Below, piece after piece: positions 25,199 through 39,875 of a stretch of 64,000 nucleotides of DNA. The notes beneath the pieces were generated by a model, which ran no database searches, was not told where the DNA came from, and saw nothing but the letters and a program-made list of their open reading frames with translations. Position 1 is the stretch's first letter; the number at the start of each line of letters is the position of its first letter. The translations under genes and the position numbers were made by a program. Source of the stretch: Eledone cirrhosa (Eukaryota); the NCBI GenBank assembly GCA_964016885.1, contig OZ024742.1, positions 16,244,001-16,308,000 of the forward strand, written 5' to 3'.

Positions 25199-25611
25199 TA
25201 AAAACAAAGTTCAGCATCTATTAGAGTGACATTAATGTATAAATATAATCCTCATAGTGAACAATGTAACAGGGAAAAAACTGCAGATACATTGAAATAA
25301 TATATGGTGCTACAATATAAATTGTAAATGAGAGAGAAAACGGGTGAAAGAAATAATAAAGAAAAATATTAACATTTCAATTATTTTAATCTTTATGCAG
25401 AATTATGGTCAAGTTTAATAATGGAAAATTTTAGAAAACATCCAAGACCATTAATAAATGGCCGCTAGAACTGATAAAGTTGATATTTGATTTTTATCTA
25501 TCAAGATAGTTTATCACTTCACTAACAAGTTGAATCCCAAACCGCCTTCAAATAACACACAGTCATCTTAAAGAAATGAAGGAGATAGTGAATCTTGCAA
25601 CCTCACCTATT

Positions 25612-25990
25612 GACGAATTGGCAGTATCGATAGAGCGTCATACACCATGCTTTGCAGCATAGAGTTATGGCTCTTTACGTCCTACGTTCAAATCCCACCG
25701 AGGTTAACTTTGCCTTTCAACCTTACGGGGTCGATAAAATAAGGTACCAGTAATGCACTGGGGTAATTGGTGGAATTGTGCCAAAAGTAGAAACAATTAT
25801 TATTCAGTGGGTTGGCAGTATTGGTAGAGGGTCGGACGCCATGCTTGCAGCAAAGAGTTACGGCCCTTTATGGTCTGAGTTCAAATCCCGCCGAGGTTAA
25901 CTTTGACTTTCATCCTTACGGGGTCGATAAAATAAAGTACCAGTAATGTACTGGGTATTGCTGGACTTGTGCCAAAAGTAGAAACAATTA
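25612..25990 (+). mobile_element. Two tandem Nin/Deu-like SINEs (25612-25797, 25806-25990)
   Basis: Both contain gttcaaatccc.ccgaggttaacttt..ccttacggggtcgataaaataa.gtaccag. Confidence 0.8.
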
Positions 25991-26197
25991 TTAAACAATA
26001 TAAGTAAGTATGTTTTGAAACAGCAAACGAGTTTGAAGTTAGGAATAGAAGCTTTCGTCGTATTTTTTTGGCGTACGTCAATACTCATCTTTTTCCATTT
26101 CTTAGAGGGTTCTAAACCCCACTATTAGGCTATAATTTATTTTAAAAAAAATACGAGGTACGATTCTATTAAATTTATATATATATATACGATTCTA

Positions 26198-26310
<113 letters not shown>

Positions 26311-26569
26311 GGAAAAAATGAAATTTCATTTCTCACTCTTAGTATGGCTGATACTTAAATGTAAGTATGTATACGTACATACATATATGTATACAGACGT
26401 ACAGTAGTATGTATATACATACATACATGCACACATATATATATGTACGTATGGGTTTACCGAACATTTATTTTAATGCTCGGTTTGTTTGTAAACAAAC
26501 AGCCCGAATTATAAGCCTTACAGTGTTCGGCAACCATCGTTGCCATTTTGTTCAACACTGACAAAGGAC

Positions 26570-26610
26570 CGATGAACTAGTTTCTAGCTTCTTAGCTGTC
26601 ATCAGCACCG
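26570..26610 (-). ncRNA. Hammerhead ribozyme (family A)
   Basis: Minus strand: cggtg CTGATGA c-agct-aaga-agct-a GAAA ctag TT catcg. Confidence 0.75.
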
Positions 26611-26882
26611 TATACCTTCTTGTCAGTTGATTGAGCGTTTGAAAGTATATACTTTCCTTATGCACATTAACGGCTGAGCATATGTGTGTGTACGTATACA
26701 TACTTACATTTAAGTATCAGCCGTACTAAGAGTGCGAAATGAAATTTCATTTTTTCCATTTATCGTTTTCGGTACGCCCGGCCAACTAACTCACTCGATA
26801 TGCAAATTAGGCTGATCAGCCGTTAATGTGCATAAGGAAAGTATATACTTTCAAACGTTCAATCAACTGACAGGAAGGAATA

Positions 26883-26923
26883 CGGTGCTGATGACAGCTA
26901 AGAAGCTAGAAACTAGTTCATCG
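26883..26923 (+). ncRNA. Hammerhead ribozyme (family A)
   Basis: cggtg CTGATGA cagctaagaagcta GAAA ctag TT catcg. Confidence 0.75.
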
Positions 26924-27134
26924 TTCATTTGTCAGTTTTGAACAAAATGGCAACGAAGGTTGCCGACACAGTACAGCTAATAATTCGTGCTGTTTGTTTA
27001 CAAACCAACCGAGCATTAAAATAAATGTTCGGTAAACCCATACGTACATATATATATATGTATGTATGTATATACATATTACTGTACGTCTGTATAAATA
27101 TGTGTATGTACGTATACATACTTATATATATATA

Positions 27135-27790
27135 TACAAGTTAATATAAATTAAAATATTTGATAAACACAAATACCAACATATCCATGTTTGTATTGTA
27201 AATGACTAAGTTAGCTAGATTGAAAAATACTAATTATAATAATACAGTTTGCCTGTCTCGATTTAAAATAATAAATCAATAAAAACAAAGTATATTGGCA
27301 AATGGCCGTGGTGCTTGGACAAATTTAAATTTCAAAATCAAACCTGTTCCGTAGACAGGTTTAAACCTTAAAATCCAAATAAGTTTCGAAAAATGACAAA
27401 TGAAAAAGTGGAACAAATACCGCATTTATATCTCCTCAGCAAGCACAGAAAAATTGGTATGTTTCACTTCAAAATATTTAAAAAGACTGTTTAACGCACA
27501 TGGTTTTCCACATGGTTATCCAGTGTCTAGCTACCACATACTTGTGCTGCTAGAAATAACAGCCGTTTATATGGGGCTAAATTAAGCTCTACGTAAGGAG
27601 CAGTGATACTATTAATGAGTTCAAAACTCAGGTAGTCCTTTACAATGAAATACCTCAAAGAAAGAAGTATTTCTGAGCCGTGTAATACAAGTTAATATAA
27701 ATTAATATATTTGATAAGCACAAATACCAACATATCCATGTTTGTATTGTAAATGACTAAGTTAGCTAGATTGAAAAATACTAATTATAA

Positions 27791-27795
<5 letters not shown>
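27135..27795 (-). mobile_element. Hammerhead-bearing family D: 551-bp unit with 110-bp terminal direct repeat (1.2-mer)
   Basis: 27135-27244 repeats at 27686-27795; (TA)n on both sides. Confidence 0.8.
27311..27446 (-). ncRNA. Hammerhead ribozyme with long stem III (family D)
   Basis: Minus strand: gtgcttg CTGAGGA ga..tc GAAA c[..aaacctg-tctacggaa-caggttt..]g TC caagcac. Stem I is a perfect 7 bp; GUC triplet. Confidence 0.7.
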
Positions 27796-27821
<26 letters not shown>

Positions 27822-27957
27822 GTAGATAAATCTACCAAGAGTTTACGGTAGTGTCCAATCCGTATGAAGAACTCAATGTATTCCGGATATCATGGAAAGA
27901 AGAGATGTAATGAAAAATCACTTTCGGTGAAAGATAAACGGTATACAGAGTCAAGAT

Positions 27958-28373
27958 AAAATATTAAACAAATAATGAATAAACAATGAGACAGTTCCTT
28001 ATATTAAACAAAAAAAGTTCATTATTTAACGATCGTTTCTAGGATATATATGTGTTAGAATTGGCATGCATATTCAACAGATCTATGTACAAAATTATAC
28101 AAAATTATACAAACTATCAAGATTAAATATACATACCAACACATATATACGCCGTCTTCAGAAATAATCATTATTTCTGAAGACGGCGTATATATGTGTT
28201 GGTATGTATATTTAATCTTGATAGTTTGTATAATTTTGTATAATTTTGTACATAGATCTGTTGAATATGCATGCCAATTCTAACACATATATATCCTAGA
28301 AACGATCGTTAAATAATGAACTTTTTTTGTTTAATATAAGGAACTGTCTCATTGTTTATTCATTATTTGTTTA

Positions 28374-28380
<7 letters not shown>
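27958..28380. repeat. Apparently perfect palindrome (~211-bp arms, centre 28169) of the family C 3' end, with a hammerhead on each arm (28020-28168 minus, 28169-28318 plus)
   Basis: ..cttcagaaataat c attatttctgaag.. at the centre; arms match 5388-5600. Confidence 0.9.
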
Positions 28381-28420
<40 letters not shown>

Positions 28421-29053
28421 ATATTAAATAAATGGAAACTATATTTATAAAACCATATTTTTTCTATTATATATATTTCAAGGGTACCAAAACTTTGGTA
28501 CGCTTTCATGAGATGAAATACAAAGTTTGTTTTATAAATATTGAAATAACCAAGAAAAGATACCTTAACGGTTCAAGTTTTTCTTGGATGGTGAAGGGAT
28601 AACAGAAGGAAAGTCAGATATTTCAAATTATTAAGATGAGTATGCAAATGAGGTTGAGGTATAGGGCTGAAAAAACATTATTTTTAGACGCTATGCAGAA
28701 TTAAATAATCAGGATATACGTATGTATGAGTAGGAAGAAGAAAAAAAGAAGAGCTTGCATTTACGTTAATTTAAAAGGAATTAACAATTTGCGGGAATGG
28801 TGGAATATGATTCCAGAATTTAAAATTTATTTAGCTATATTATGAGTTATAATATTGTATATATAATCAATTAGATTATATGAAGAATTATGGCTGTAAG
28901 TAGATTTTATCTTATTACATTACAACAGGTTGTAAGTATATATATATATATATATATGTATGCATGTAAAAGGTAAACAGAAATAACAACACAATCAGTA
29001 CAGTATATGGAAGGGATATATTAGGTTAACGCTTGATATAGCAGGAAGAGGGA

Positions 29054-29087
29054 CTTAACGTTTCAGACGCTAGTCCTTCATCAGAAG
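29054..29087 (-). ncRNA. Minimal hammerhead candidate
   Basis: Minus strand: ctt CTGATGA a-ggac-tagc-gtct GAAA cg TT aag. Stem I is short; palindrome AACGTT. Confidence 0.45.
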
Positions 29088-29194
29088 AAAGAATGAGAAA
29101 TAAGATAGATTAAGGGGACGGGCGGGTTGGAATTGGAAAAAAATGTCTTTAGATAAAAATAACAGGTCCATTCATGTTGACTTGTTCAGTTCCC

Positions 29195-29813
29195 AGGGGT
29201 GACCGACCTGTGGAATTATGTCGAACAGCTACGTGTTACGTGTGAGACGCATCCCGTTGTCAGCCGAGTCCATCGGGAGGATCACCCCGCCGCCTCCATT
29301 TAAGAATGAAGGAGAGGTGGTTTTCCTCTGTCTGGTGGCTCTGGCGAAAGAGGTAATATGGGGGACGAGGTTGAACAGACTGAGGGCTAACACCTTCCTC
29401 TCCGGACCACAACTCATCCCCTTCTTTAAATGCCACTTCGGAAGGAAGCTGAGAGTAGAGAGAGAGGTGTTACACCCCAGTAAATTCGCTGAAAGGTGGG
29501 TGAATATGGCGAAAATGGCCCGAGTGAATGGGCCTTTTCTGTATATAAACCTGTAGGTTGAGGAAGACAAAAAGAGGGGAAGACTGGAACACCTACAAAA
29601 CGTGCTTCTGGTGTTGAAGGTTGTTCTATACACGGGGTGTAAAACATCCCGCAGTAACGTTCCCTCCCTATTGGGGATTTCAATTGTTATTTTATTATAT
29701 ATAGTTTATTGTTATTTATTAATGTTAAAGTTTATACGATTTTTATGTACCCCCCCCCCCCCCGTCACGTCTTGTAATGTCCCATTTTTGTACGCCCTTG
29801 TGGCAAATAAAGA

Positions 29814-29815
<2 letters not shown>
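29195..29815 (+). mobile_element. Tx1-clade LINE 3' fragment
   Basis: Translation matches the ORF2 C-terminus (..FAERWVNMAKMARVNGP..). Ends cccttgtggcaaataaaga, followed by (ATCT)n. Confidence 0.85.
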
Positions 29816-29854
<39 letters not shown>

Positions 29855-29871
29855 GTCTATCTATTTATCTA

Positions 29872-32800
29872 TAGTTGATAGTAGACGTCTGTAACTTCGG
29901 CTGCGACTTATTTGGATTTATATTACGAGTTGACTGTAAGTTTGTGTTGAATTTTATTTTATTTGTGTAAATTAACCTCCCGCCTTGGCTTGTAGACGGG
30001 TTGTTATTTTATTTTCACCTCTTTTGGGGTGAAATTCTTTATTTGTAAAACTTTGCTTGATTTGCAATTCATCAATGGACCCCATACATGTAAACAACAC
30101 TGCCAAGCTCCCCAAGGAAAGTGAGAGAGAGAGAAACAAGCAATTCATCCTGCTGAAATTTCCCTCCCTCGCTTTTGCATACGAATATGGAAGCGAATTT
30201 AACAAATAATTGTGAATATTTGGGAAATAACCCCCAAAAATGATAAAACTGAATCAAATGAAATTGCTAATTACACAAACACAAATAACACCAACACCCA
30301 AAAAGAAGAAAATTACAGCAACAAAAATGAAGACAACACCAATAACATCAACACCAACACCAACAAAATTGAAAACAACAGCAACAACAATGAAAACAAC
30401 CCAAACACCAACAGCGACAACAAGGAAAATAAAAAAAGCATCCTTTGCACAGACAGCCAAAAAATCGATAACCTATGTTCCAGAACTGCCAGAGAACTGC
30501 TTGAAAGAGCAAAAGAATATGTAACTTTTGGCGAAAATGGATCCTTTTCCATTAATTCGCCGCCAGAATTAAAAAAGCAAACTGAACGAAGAACAGTGGT
30601 TTTTAGAACAATTGCCAACAAAACCAGAAAACCATCCCAACCATCACAGAATGAGATTGAGCTGGTTCTAAAAGAGGCAATGAAAGACATCGTCTTCATC
30701 CAAAAGGATAGACTCTATGGAAGTCTATCCATACTGATGAAAGATGAATTGGCGGCGCTGAAATACTCTGTGTTGCCAATTCGTTCCACGCATTACACCT
30801 TTTTCCCAACTTACATGGGAAAAAAGACCCAAAGGATATGGATCAACACGATAATTCCAATTATTGACTCAACCTAGATGAGGACAATTTAATCTCAGTA
30901 ATCAAGGCATCCGGCAACGCGTTCAGCGGAACGGGTATCGAAATTCTGTCCCAAATGAGGCCGGAACGAATAGCCCAAATCCCTGAACGCGTCATGCTGG
31001 TTGAACGGAACTACTTCAGCATCATCGTGGAGGGTAGGCGGCCCTCTTGTTACCTCTGTGGAGGCAGAGGTCACCTAAGGGCTGCCTGTCCTCAGTTAAA
31101 AAAACCTCTGCTACCCACACTGCAAAAAACAACACCACCATCACCACCATAACAACAACAAACACAACAAATCAAAACAAAACTGAACACGGTTACACCC
31201 CCCCCCCTCGCACCCCACACATAAAAAAAACACAAAAATACAGCCTGATACAATAACACCACAAAATATACCCACTAACACGGACGAAGACCCCCTTACA
31301 TCGGAGCGCAGCGAAGATGAAGGGGATCCTTTCCAACCCGTAAAAAGAAAAAAAAGAAAGCATCACACAAACAAAAACCTAACTACAACACAAACAGGAA
31401 AAACAAACACAATGCAAACCCCCCTCCCCAAAACACAACACAAACATCAACAAAAAACACCCCACAGACACAGCTCTACACATACATTAATTCTAAAAAT
31501 AAAAAAAAACTATTAAAAACACTCGAACAAAACCCTTCGGTTTGCACCGAAGGGCCAAATTTTACGAGGGCTATAGAATACCTCTCCTTAAAAATGATAA
31601 AAATGACATTGAATGTTCATAAAACACTAAAAGACAATTTTCATGCGGACGTGGGACCCCCTGTGTAAAACCCTTTAACCGTGTCCTCTTGAAACATTTC
31701 CCCACCCATACCACAACAAACGCCCCAACTCCACCACACACTGATTTCCCCACACTACCACAAACCACCACCCAACAACCCCGCACACACCCCCATGGAA
31801 GTTGTCCCGGGACGCGAAGGCGTAGGTGCCTTTTCTTTTTTTTCCCCTTCGACACCAACATGGCTGAATTGAGGGTAACTTGTCTGAATGCGCGAGGCCT
31901 GGGCTCATATTGGAAGCAAACTAAACTTCTAAATGACCTCAGGTCACACTGTATAAATGTGATGGCTGTTTGCGAGACCCGGATCAGCTGCGAGCGCCAG
32001 CTAGCCCCACCTTTGATGACTTTGAGATCCACGCACCTTTCTGTCAGCCGGGAGGTGGGGGTGTGGTTGTCGTTCTACTACAAAAACATCTGGGTCTCGC
32101 AACGCAGACGGTGCACTTGGACCCGGAGGGTCGACTGGTGGTCCTAGACGTTGGTAGTGGTGAAGGTGGAGCCTTTAGGCTGGTAGCCGCGTATGCCCCT
32201 TTTGGGGCAGCGTGGCCGGACTTCGTCCAGCGTCTGGAGACTTTTCTAGGGAATTTTAGTGGGGGACTGGAATGGTATCCTAGATGCAAATTGGGACTAT
32301 GTAGGGGTATGTCCCGATAGAGGGGGGGGGGTAACAGCCTCAAACGGTTAATCGGCCGATTTACCTGGCCGATAGATATCGACTAGATTTTGAGAGTGCG
32401 CCAACCTGGACTTGGACTAACCTTAGCGGATAATTCTAGGTCGTACCTAGATAGAGTCCTAGCTAGAAATAAGGATAGGGATCTACTAAGCTGTCCAGAG
32501 ATGCGCATGGTTTGCTATTCAGATCGCAAATTAGTGACCTGCTTAGTCAACATTGATAGAACGCATAGACAGGGACCCGGTTACTTGAAGCTGAACTTGT
32601 CCTTACCGGCAAATAAAGCTTAAAGGGATCGGATTATCGCTTTAGTTAATGAACGGTTGACGGGGGCTATCGTCAACAGCAGGTGGTGGGGCTCTCTCAA
32701 GAGAGAGATTAGAGTAGTCTCGATAGATTTTAGTAAGGAATTAGCCTCAGATAGGAATAGGAAGGAAAGGGAGTTGGTAGATAGAGTAGAAGAGGCGATT

Positions 32801-35418
32801 AGAAGCGGCAACGTAGCCAGAGTGTTAGCGTCGAGAACGGCCTTAAACCAGTTTTTCGACGCGAAGCACGAAGGCTGCGTTGTCAGAAACAAAATACGCG
32901 CTCTAGGAAACGAGGGGACCAAAGCTGTTAGCTGGGCCCGCGTGACAGAAGCCAAAAGTGGGATTAAATCTACTATCCGGTCTTAGAAGGACCAGGATGG
33001 ACGGGTGATCCTTGAACCTGGACAGATGTGTGAGGCCTTTCAAAGGCACTCTGCACGACTGTTCGTGAGGGGCGGAGGGGGATGTGGATTTCGGTCCATA
33101 CCTCGACGGCCTACCGCGTCTTTCGATCGAGGCGGCGAAGTCCTGCGGTCGATTTCAGCTGCTGAAATAGGGGACGTGCTGAGCCAATGCGGCAAACGCA
33201 AATCCCCTGGTCTCGATGGTCTTCCATACGAACTTTATGTAGCGATGCCGGACTTTTTCTCCGATGTCCTTGAGGCGGTCTACTGCAACTGGAAACAGAA
33301 CGCGAGAATTCCCTATTCTGTGACCAAGGGCGTAGTCTCGTTAGTGAGGAAGGACGAGAACAACGGGGTTGAAATAAGCAATTTCAGGCCCGTAACTCTG
33401 TTAAACACAGAGTTACAGATTTTGGCCAAGGTGTTAGCAAAGAGGTTGGCGCATGTCGTAGGCAACCTTGTGAGAGATACGCAGACATGCGCTATCCCGT
33501 CCAGGTCCATTCACAACAATGAACCCGGCTTTGGTGGGGCCCTGATCAACTTGGATCAATCTAAGGCGTTCGATAGGGTTGACCATGGTTACCTGGATGC
33601 GGTGCTAGCGGCTGCAGGTTTCGGACCCGTTTTCAGGGGCTGGATTACTGCCATGCACAGCAGCCGCATCTGCTCGAGGGTCAAGGTTAACGGCTACCTC
33701 TCGGCCCGTTCCTAATCGCGCGGTCCATCCGACAGGGATTCCCGATCTCCTCCCTACTGTATGTGCTGGCTCTCGAGCCACTGCTGCGGAAGTTGGAGTT
33801 GTTGCAGGGCATCCCGTTGGAACCGGGATTGCGAAAAGCGGCGTCGGCCTACGCCGACGACATCACAGTAAAGGTGTCGAGCACCTCGCAAATCGAGGAG
33901 GTCGGCACCTTACTGAAGGAATACGAAAGGTTCACAGGGGCGAAGCTGAACCGGGACAAGTCCGTCGGTTTACAACTCGGCGCGTGGAGGGGCAAACCGA
34001 TGCCTTCAGACGGCGTCGTCGGACGCTGGACGGAGGGCCCGGTGAAGCTGCTCGGGGTTTGGTTCGGACCAGACCTCCAGGTGGAGAAGAACTGGGGTGA
34101 GGTAACGAACAGGGTATTTGCACTGTCCCAGAAGTGGCCGAGTGCAAACTATCCCCGAAAAGTCGGGCGGAGGTGGCGAACGCTTATATAGCGTCCGTCA
34201 TCTATTACCGCTTGACTGTCGTGCCTTTCCCAGGTGAAACGCTCACCAAAATGGAGCGCGTACTCTTCCAATTCCTTTTGAAGAAGCGGGCTCCTTTGGT
34301 GAGGAGATGCATCTGCTGTCAACACCCTTCGAAAGGAGGGCTGGGGATGCCGTGGCTGCAGATGCGTAAATACGCATTAAGGCTACGGCACCTCCAGGTA
34401 TTCCTCACCGTTTGTGAGGCGAGCCTTTCCGAGACTTGTCTCGCTTACCGAGCTGCAATCCTGGGTCAAGCAAAGACCGAGAAAACTGGGCGCCTGGCAC
34501 ACGGAGTGTGCTCAGGCGCTTACGGCTCTCTGGCAGGCGGACCCAGCTATCAGTGGAGACTCCACCTCGACGTTCTATAGATGGTTGGTCAGCAGCAGGA
34601 GCGACGACGCCCTCGGAGAAGCCCTAGGCATGGAGGAGGAAGAACTGGCCAGCCTGTTCGGTAAGCCATTTGACCTGGGACCAATGGACAACTTCCAGAA
34701 GTCCCTGGTCTTGGCAGTGCTACCGTGGGGCTCTGCCCGTTCGAGACAAGCTCTACAGACATGGGCGCCTGGGTAGGGACCATTCGAAAAAGATCTGTCC
34801 GAGATGCGTGCGCGACGAGGAAACCGTCGCGCATGTATTGGTACACTTCCCGGGCGTTGCCGACCTGTGGGGCTATGTGGAACGACTGCTGTCACGGGTG
34901 GGACCAATCCGGTTGACCACCGAGTCCATTGTTACGATCAAACCGCCTTCAAAAACGAAGAAGAGGCGGTCTTATTCTGTGTAATAGCCATGGTGGACGC
35001 ATTTGAAAGGGCTGGGGTCGGGCACCTTTCTCTCCTGCCAACAACTGGTCCTTTTCTTCCGATATCATTTCGGAAGAAGGATCAGGATGGAGAGAGAGGT
35101 GCTCCACCCCAGCCAGTTTTATGAAAGGTGGGTGAAAGTGGCGAGAATGGCCCGTGCCGTGTGAATGGGCCTTCTCTCTATATCAGCCTGTAGGTGAAAA
35201 AGATAGAAGAACAAGGGAGCACCCTCTCTCTGTGCTCCTGAGGAGAAGGGTGGCAGACTTTTTCGGGGGTGTGTGCGACCCCCCAAAACGCCTCCTCCCT
35301 ATTGAGGACTTTATCGTTAATTTTATATTTGTTATTTGTTTTTTACTCGTTTTTATGTGTAACCCCCACCCCGTATTTGTCCCCTTCTTTTGTGCCCTCG
35401 TAGCAATAAATAGAAATT
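29872..35418 (+). mobile_element. Full-length but decayed Tx1-clade LINE (ORF1 ~30212-31620, ORF2 ~31860-35192)
   Basis: ORF1 knuckle CYLCGGRGHLRAAC. ORF2 has APE (LNARGL..ETR), RT (KSPGLDG, FRPVTLLN, DQSKAFDRV, AYADD) and CPRC..H. Many frameshifts; (ATCT)n on both sides. Confidence 0.9.
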
Positions 35419-35436
35419 TATCTATCTATCTATCTA

Positions 35437-35467
<31 letters not shown>

Positions 35468-35555
35468 CTATCTACTTATCGATCTATCTACTTATCTATC
35501 AGTCTGTCTGTCTATCTGTCTATATCTATCTATCAGTCTATATATCAGTATGTCA

Positions 35556-36330
35556 ATATGGACAACTTCCAGAGGTCCCTGGCCTGGCAGTGCTACCGAG
35601 GAGCTCTACCACTTCGAGACAAGATCTACAGGTGCGGACGCCCCGGCAGGGATCCTTCCAAGCAGACGTGTCCAAGATGCGAGCAGGACATTGAAACCGT
35701 CTTGCACGCAATTGTACACTGCCCGGGCGTAACCGACCTGTGGAGCTACGCAGAACAACTGCTGTCGCGTATGGGACAAATCCAAGTGACTGCCGAGTCC
35801 ATAGTAAGGATCAAACCGCCAACTTCTTTCAAAAACGAAAGAGAGGCGGTTTTCCTCTGTATAGTGGATGTGGTGAAAGAGGTTATATGATGGACGAGAT
35901 TGAGAGGACTGAGGACATATGGCCTTCTCTCCAGACATCAACCCATTCCCTTCTTTAGGTACCACTTTAGAAGGAGAATCAGAGTGGAGAGAGAGGCACT
36001 GCACCCCACTAAATTTACTGAAAGGTGGGTGAATGCAGCAAAAAATAGCCCGAGTGATTGGGCCTTCTCTGTATATAAACCTGTAGGTTGAAGAAGAGAG
36101 CAAAAGGAAGAAAGGAGCACTTGCACAACACGCTCCTGAAGTTGAGGGTTGTTCTGTCGACGGGATATTAAACAACCCATTTGTAAAAACCTCCCCGCTA
36201 TTGGGGATTTCTATTGTTAAATTTGTTTGTTTTAATAATAATTTTACACGACTGTATGTAAAATCCCCAGCGTATGTCCTTGTATTGTCCCCTTTTCTTG
36301 TGCGCCCTTGTGGCAAATAAAGAAATATAT
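35556..36330 (+). mobile_element. Tx1-clade LINE 3' fragment
   Basis: MDNFQRSLAWQCYRGALP..CPRC..H..C; ends cccttgtggcaaataaaga. Confidence 0.85.
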
Positions 36331-36583
36331 CTATAATTGTTCTCTGTACTATTGTGTGAGTGTTATTATCTGTAATGACAGTCGTTTTCTTATTTTACAT
36401 ATTGTTCAGTTGGTAATCAAAAGTCGGATTATATCGATATCGATCTATGTTGTTCATTTATGGGTGAGTGGACAAAACAAAGTAAAACAAACAAAAACCA
36501 ACAACTACAAAAAACCCTTACAACAACAATAAAAAAATGCTAAAGGAACATAACTCCATATATACGTGCATATACTATAGTAT

Positions 36584-36636
<53 letters not shown>

Positions 36637-36755
36637 TATGTATATATATATATATATATATTTCTACATATATATTTATACATATATATATATACTATAG
36701 TATACAATATATATATATATATATACTACATTATATATATATATATATATACTAC

Positions 36756-36801
<46 letters not shown>

Positions 36802-36894
36802 TGTATATATATAAATATATATATATAGAATAAGTATATATGTGGAATAAGTACGTTGAGTGCTTGATTTGAATTGCATCAATATTTACCGTAA

Positions 36895-36933
<39 letters not shown>

Positions 36934-36948
36934 GTAGTATATATACCC

Positions 36949-37008
<60 letters not shown>

Positions 37009-37543
37009 CTACTATAGTATACAATACTAATCTGAGTCAAAACAGAAGTATAATCCATGCAGAGTCTGAAATAAAAGACATCTATCTATAAAGTAACAAA
37101 GAATATAATGAAACATAAAACATAATAATAAACACGAGTATTTAAAACAAAAGTGAGCTGAGAAGCGGAATAAAGAACTGATTACCTCTATAGAACCATC
37201 TAGATTCATTTGTTTGCTTCGTTTCGGTTTGTTTTTCATATAACAGTTTTTCCCTTTCTCTTCTTTTGCTGCTGGAAAGGGAGATTATCAAATATGAACG
37301 AAAGTAGAAAACAAATGACTTGGTCATGACTTGGATCGTTTAAGTTTGGGTTTATCTTCTTTTGCGTGGTCTGGTTTTAGTTCGGATACAAAACATATAT
37401 ATATATATCTTTATTTTACCTATTAGGCTACGTTTCTGCGTTGTGCATGTTTATATTAGTTTGCTACCATTGTTGATAAAGATTAGGCATATAAATGAAA
37501 AGTATATCATGTATATACACACACATATATATATATTTATATG

Positions 37544-37578
<35 letters not shown>

Positions 37579-37621
37579 GCACACACACATACATATATAT
37601 TTATCTATCTACCTATCTACC

Positions 37622-37662
<41 letters not shown>

Positions 37663-37730
37663 ATATATATATATATATAATGTAGGTTTAACACTCGCAA
37701 GTGTATTTTAAGCTTCATATCATGTCACCC

Positions 37731-37801
37731 TATTTTATCTGATGAGAACGCAAATATCATCCCACGATGATATTTGTTTTTGAAATGCGCATAATAAAAT
37801 A
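37731..37801 (+). ncRNA. Type I hammerhead ribozyme (family F-like)
   Basis: tattttat CTGATGA gaa-cg-caaatatcat-cccacg-atgatatttg-ttttt GAAA tgcgca TA ataaaata. Stem I is 8 bp; palindrome ATGCGCAT. Confidence 0.75.
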
Positions 37802-37831
37802 CATGGAACTCTTTTAACCATCTTTTGATCT

Positions 37832-37890
<59 letters not shown>

Positions 37891-37979
37891 AACTCGTTCC
37901 TATTACCCACTCTACTACCCTAAGTATTGAGTACTTTGGTGCGTTATGGTCCACCTGGTTCCTTACCACATTTCCTCCG

Positions 37980-38078
<99 letters not shown>

Positions 38079-38174
38079 TAGATTTAGCGAGAATCGCATA
38101 TCGGCGGGTGGAAAAGGCGAAACGAAACGCAAAAATCAGAAATAATGCTGGCAAGCGCTCCATATATATATATA

Positions 38175-39355
<1,181 letters not shown>

Positions 39356-39370
39356 ATATATATATATATA

Positions 39371-39875
39371 TAAACGGAAAAAATGAAACGAAATTTCATT
39401 TCTCACTCTTAATACGGCTGTTACTTAAAAATAAGTAAGTATACGTATATACATATATGTATACAGACGTACAGTAGTATGTATATATATATATACATAC
39501 ATGCACACATATATATATATGTACGTATGGATTCACCGAACATTTATTATAATGCTCGGTGTGTTTGTAAACAAACATCCCGAATTAAGCCGTACAGTGT
39601 CTAGCAACCATCGTTGCTCATTTGATCAACACTGACAAAGGAACGCTGTACTAGTTTCAAGCTTATTAGCTATCGTCAGCAACGTATATCTTCCTGCCAG
39701 ATGGTTGAACGTCTGAAAGTATATACTTTCCTTATGCATATTAACGGCTGAGCAGCCTAATTTTCATATCGAGTGAGTTACTTATATTTAAGTAACAGCC
39801 GTACTAAGAGTGAGAAATGAAATTTTGTTTCATTTTTTCCGTTTATCGTTTTCGGTACCCCGGCCGATTAACTCA
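39371..39875. mobile_element. Family A element with a short inverted arm (39781-39875)
   Basis: Same unit as 2881 and 26307; directly abuts the R4/Dong-like LINE. Confidence 0.8.
39643..39685 (-). ncRNA. Hammerhead ribozyme (family A variant)
   Basis: Minus strand: acgttg CTGACGA tagctaataagctt GAAA ctag TA cagcgt. Stem I changes preserve pairing. Confidence 0.8.
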
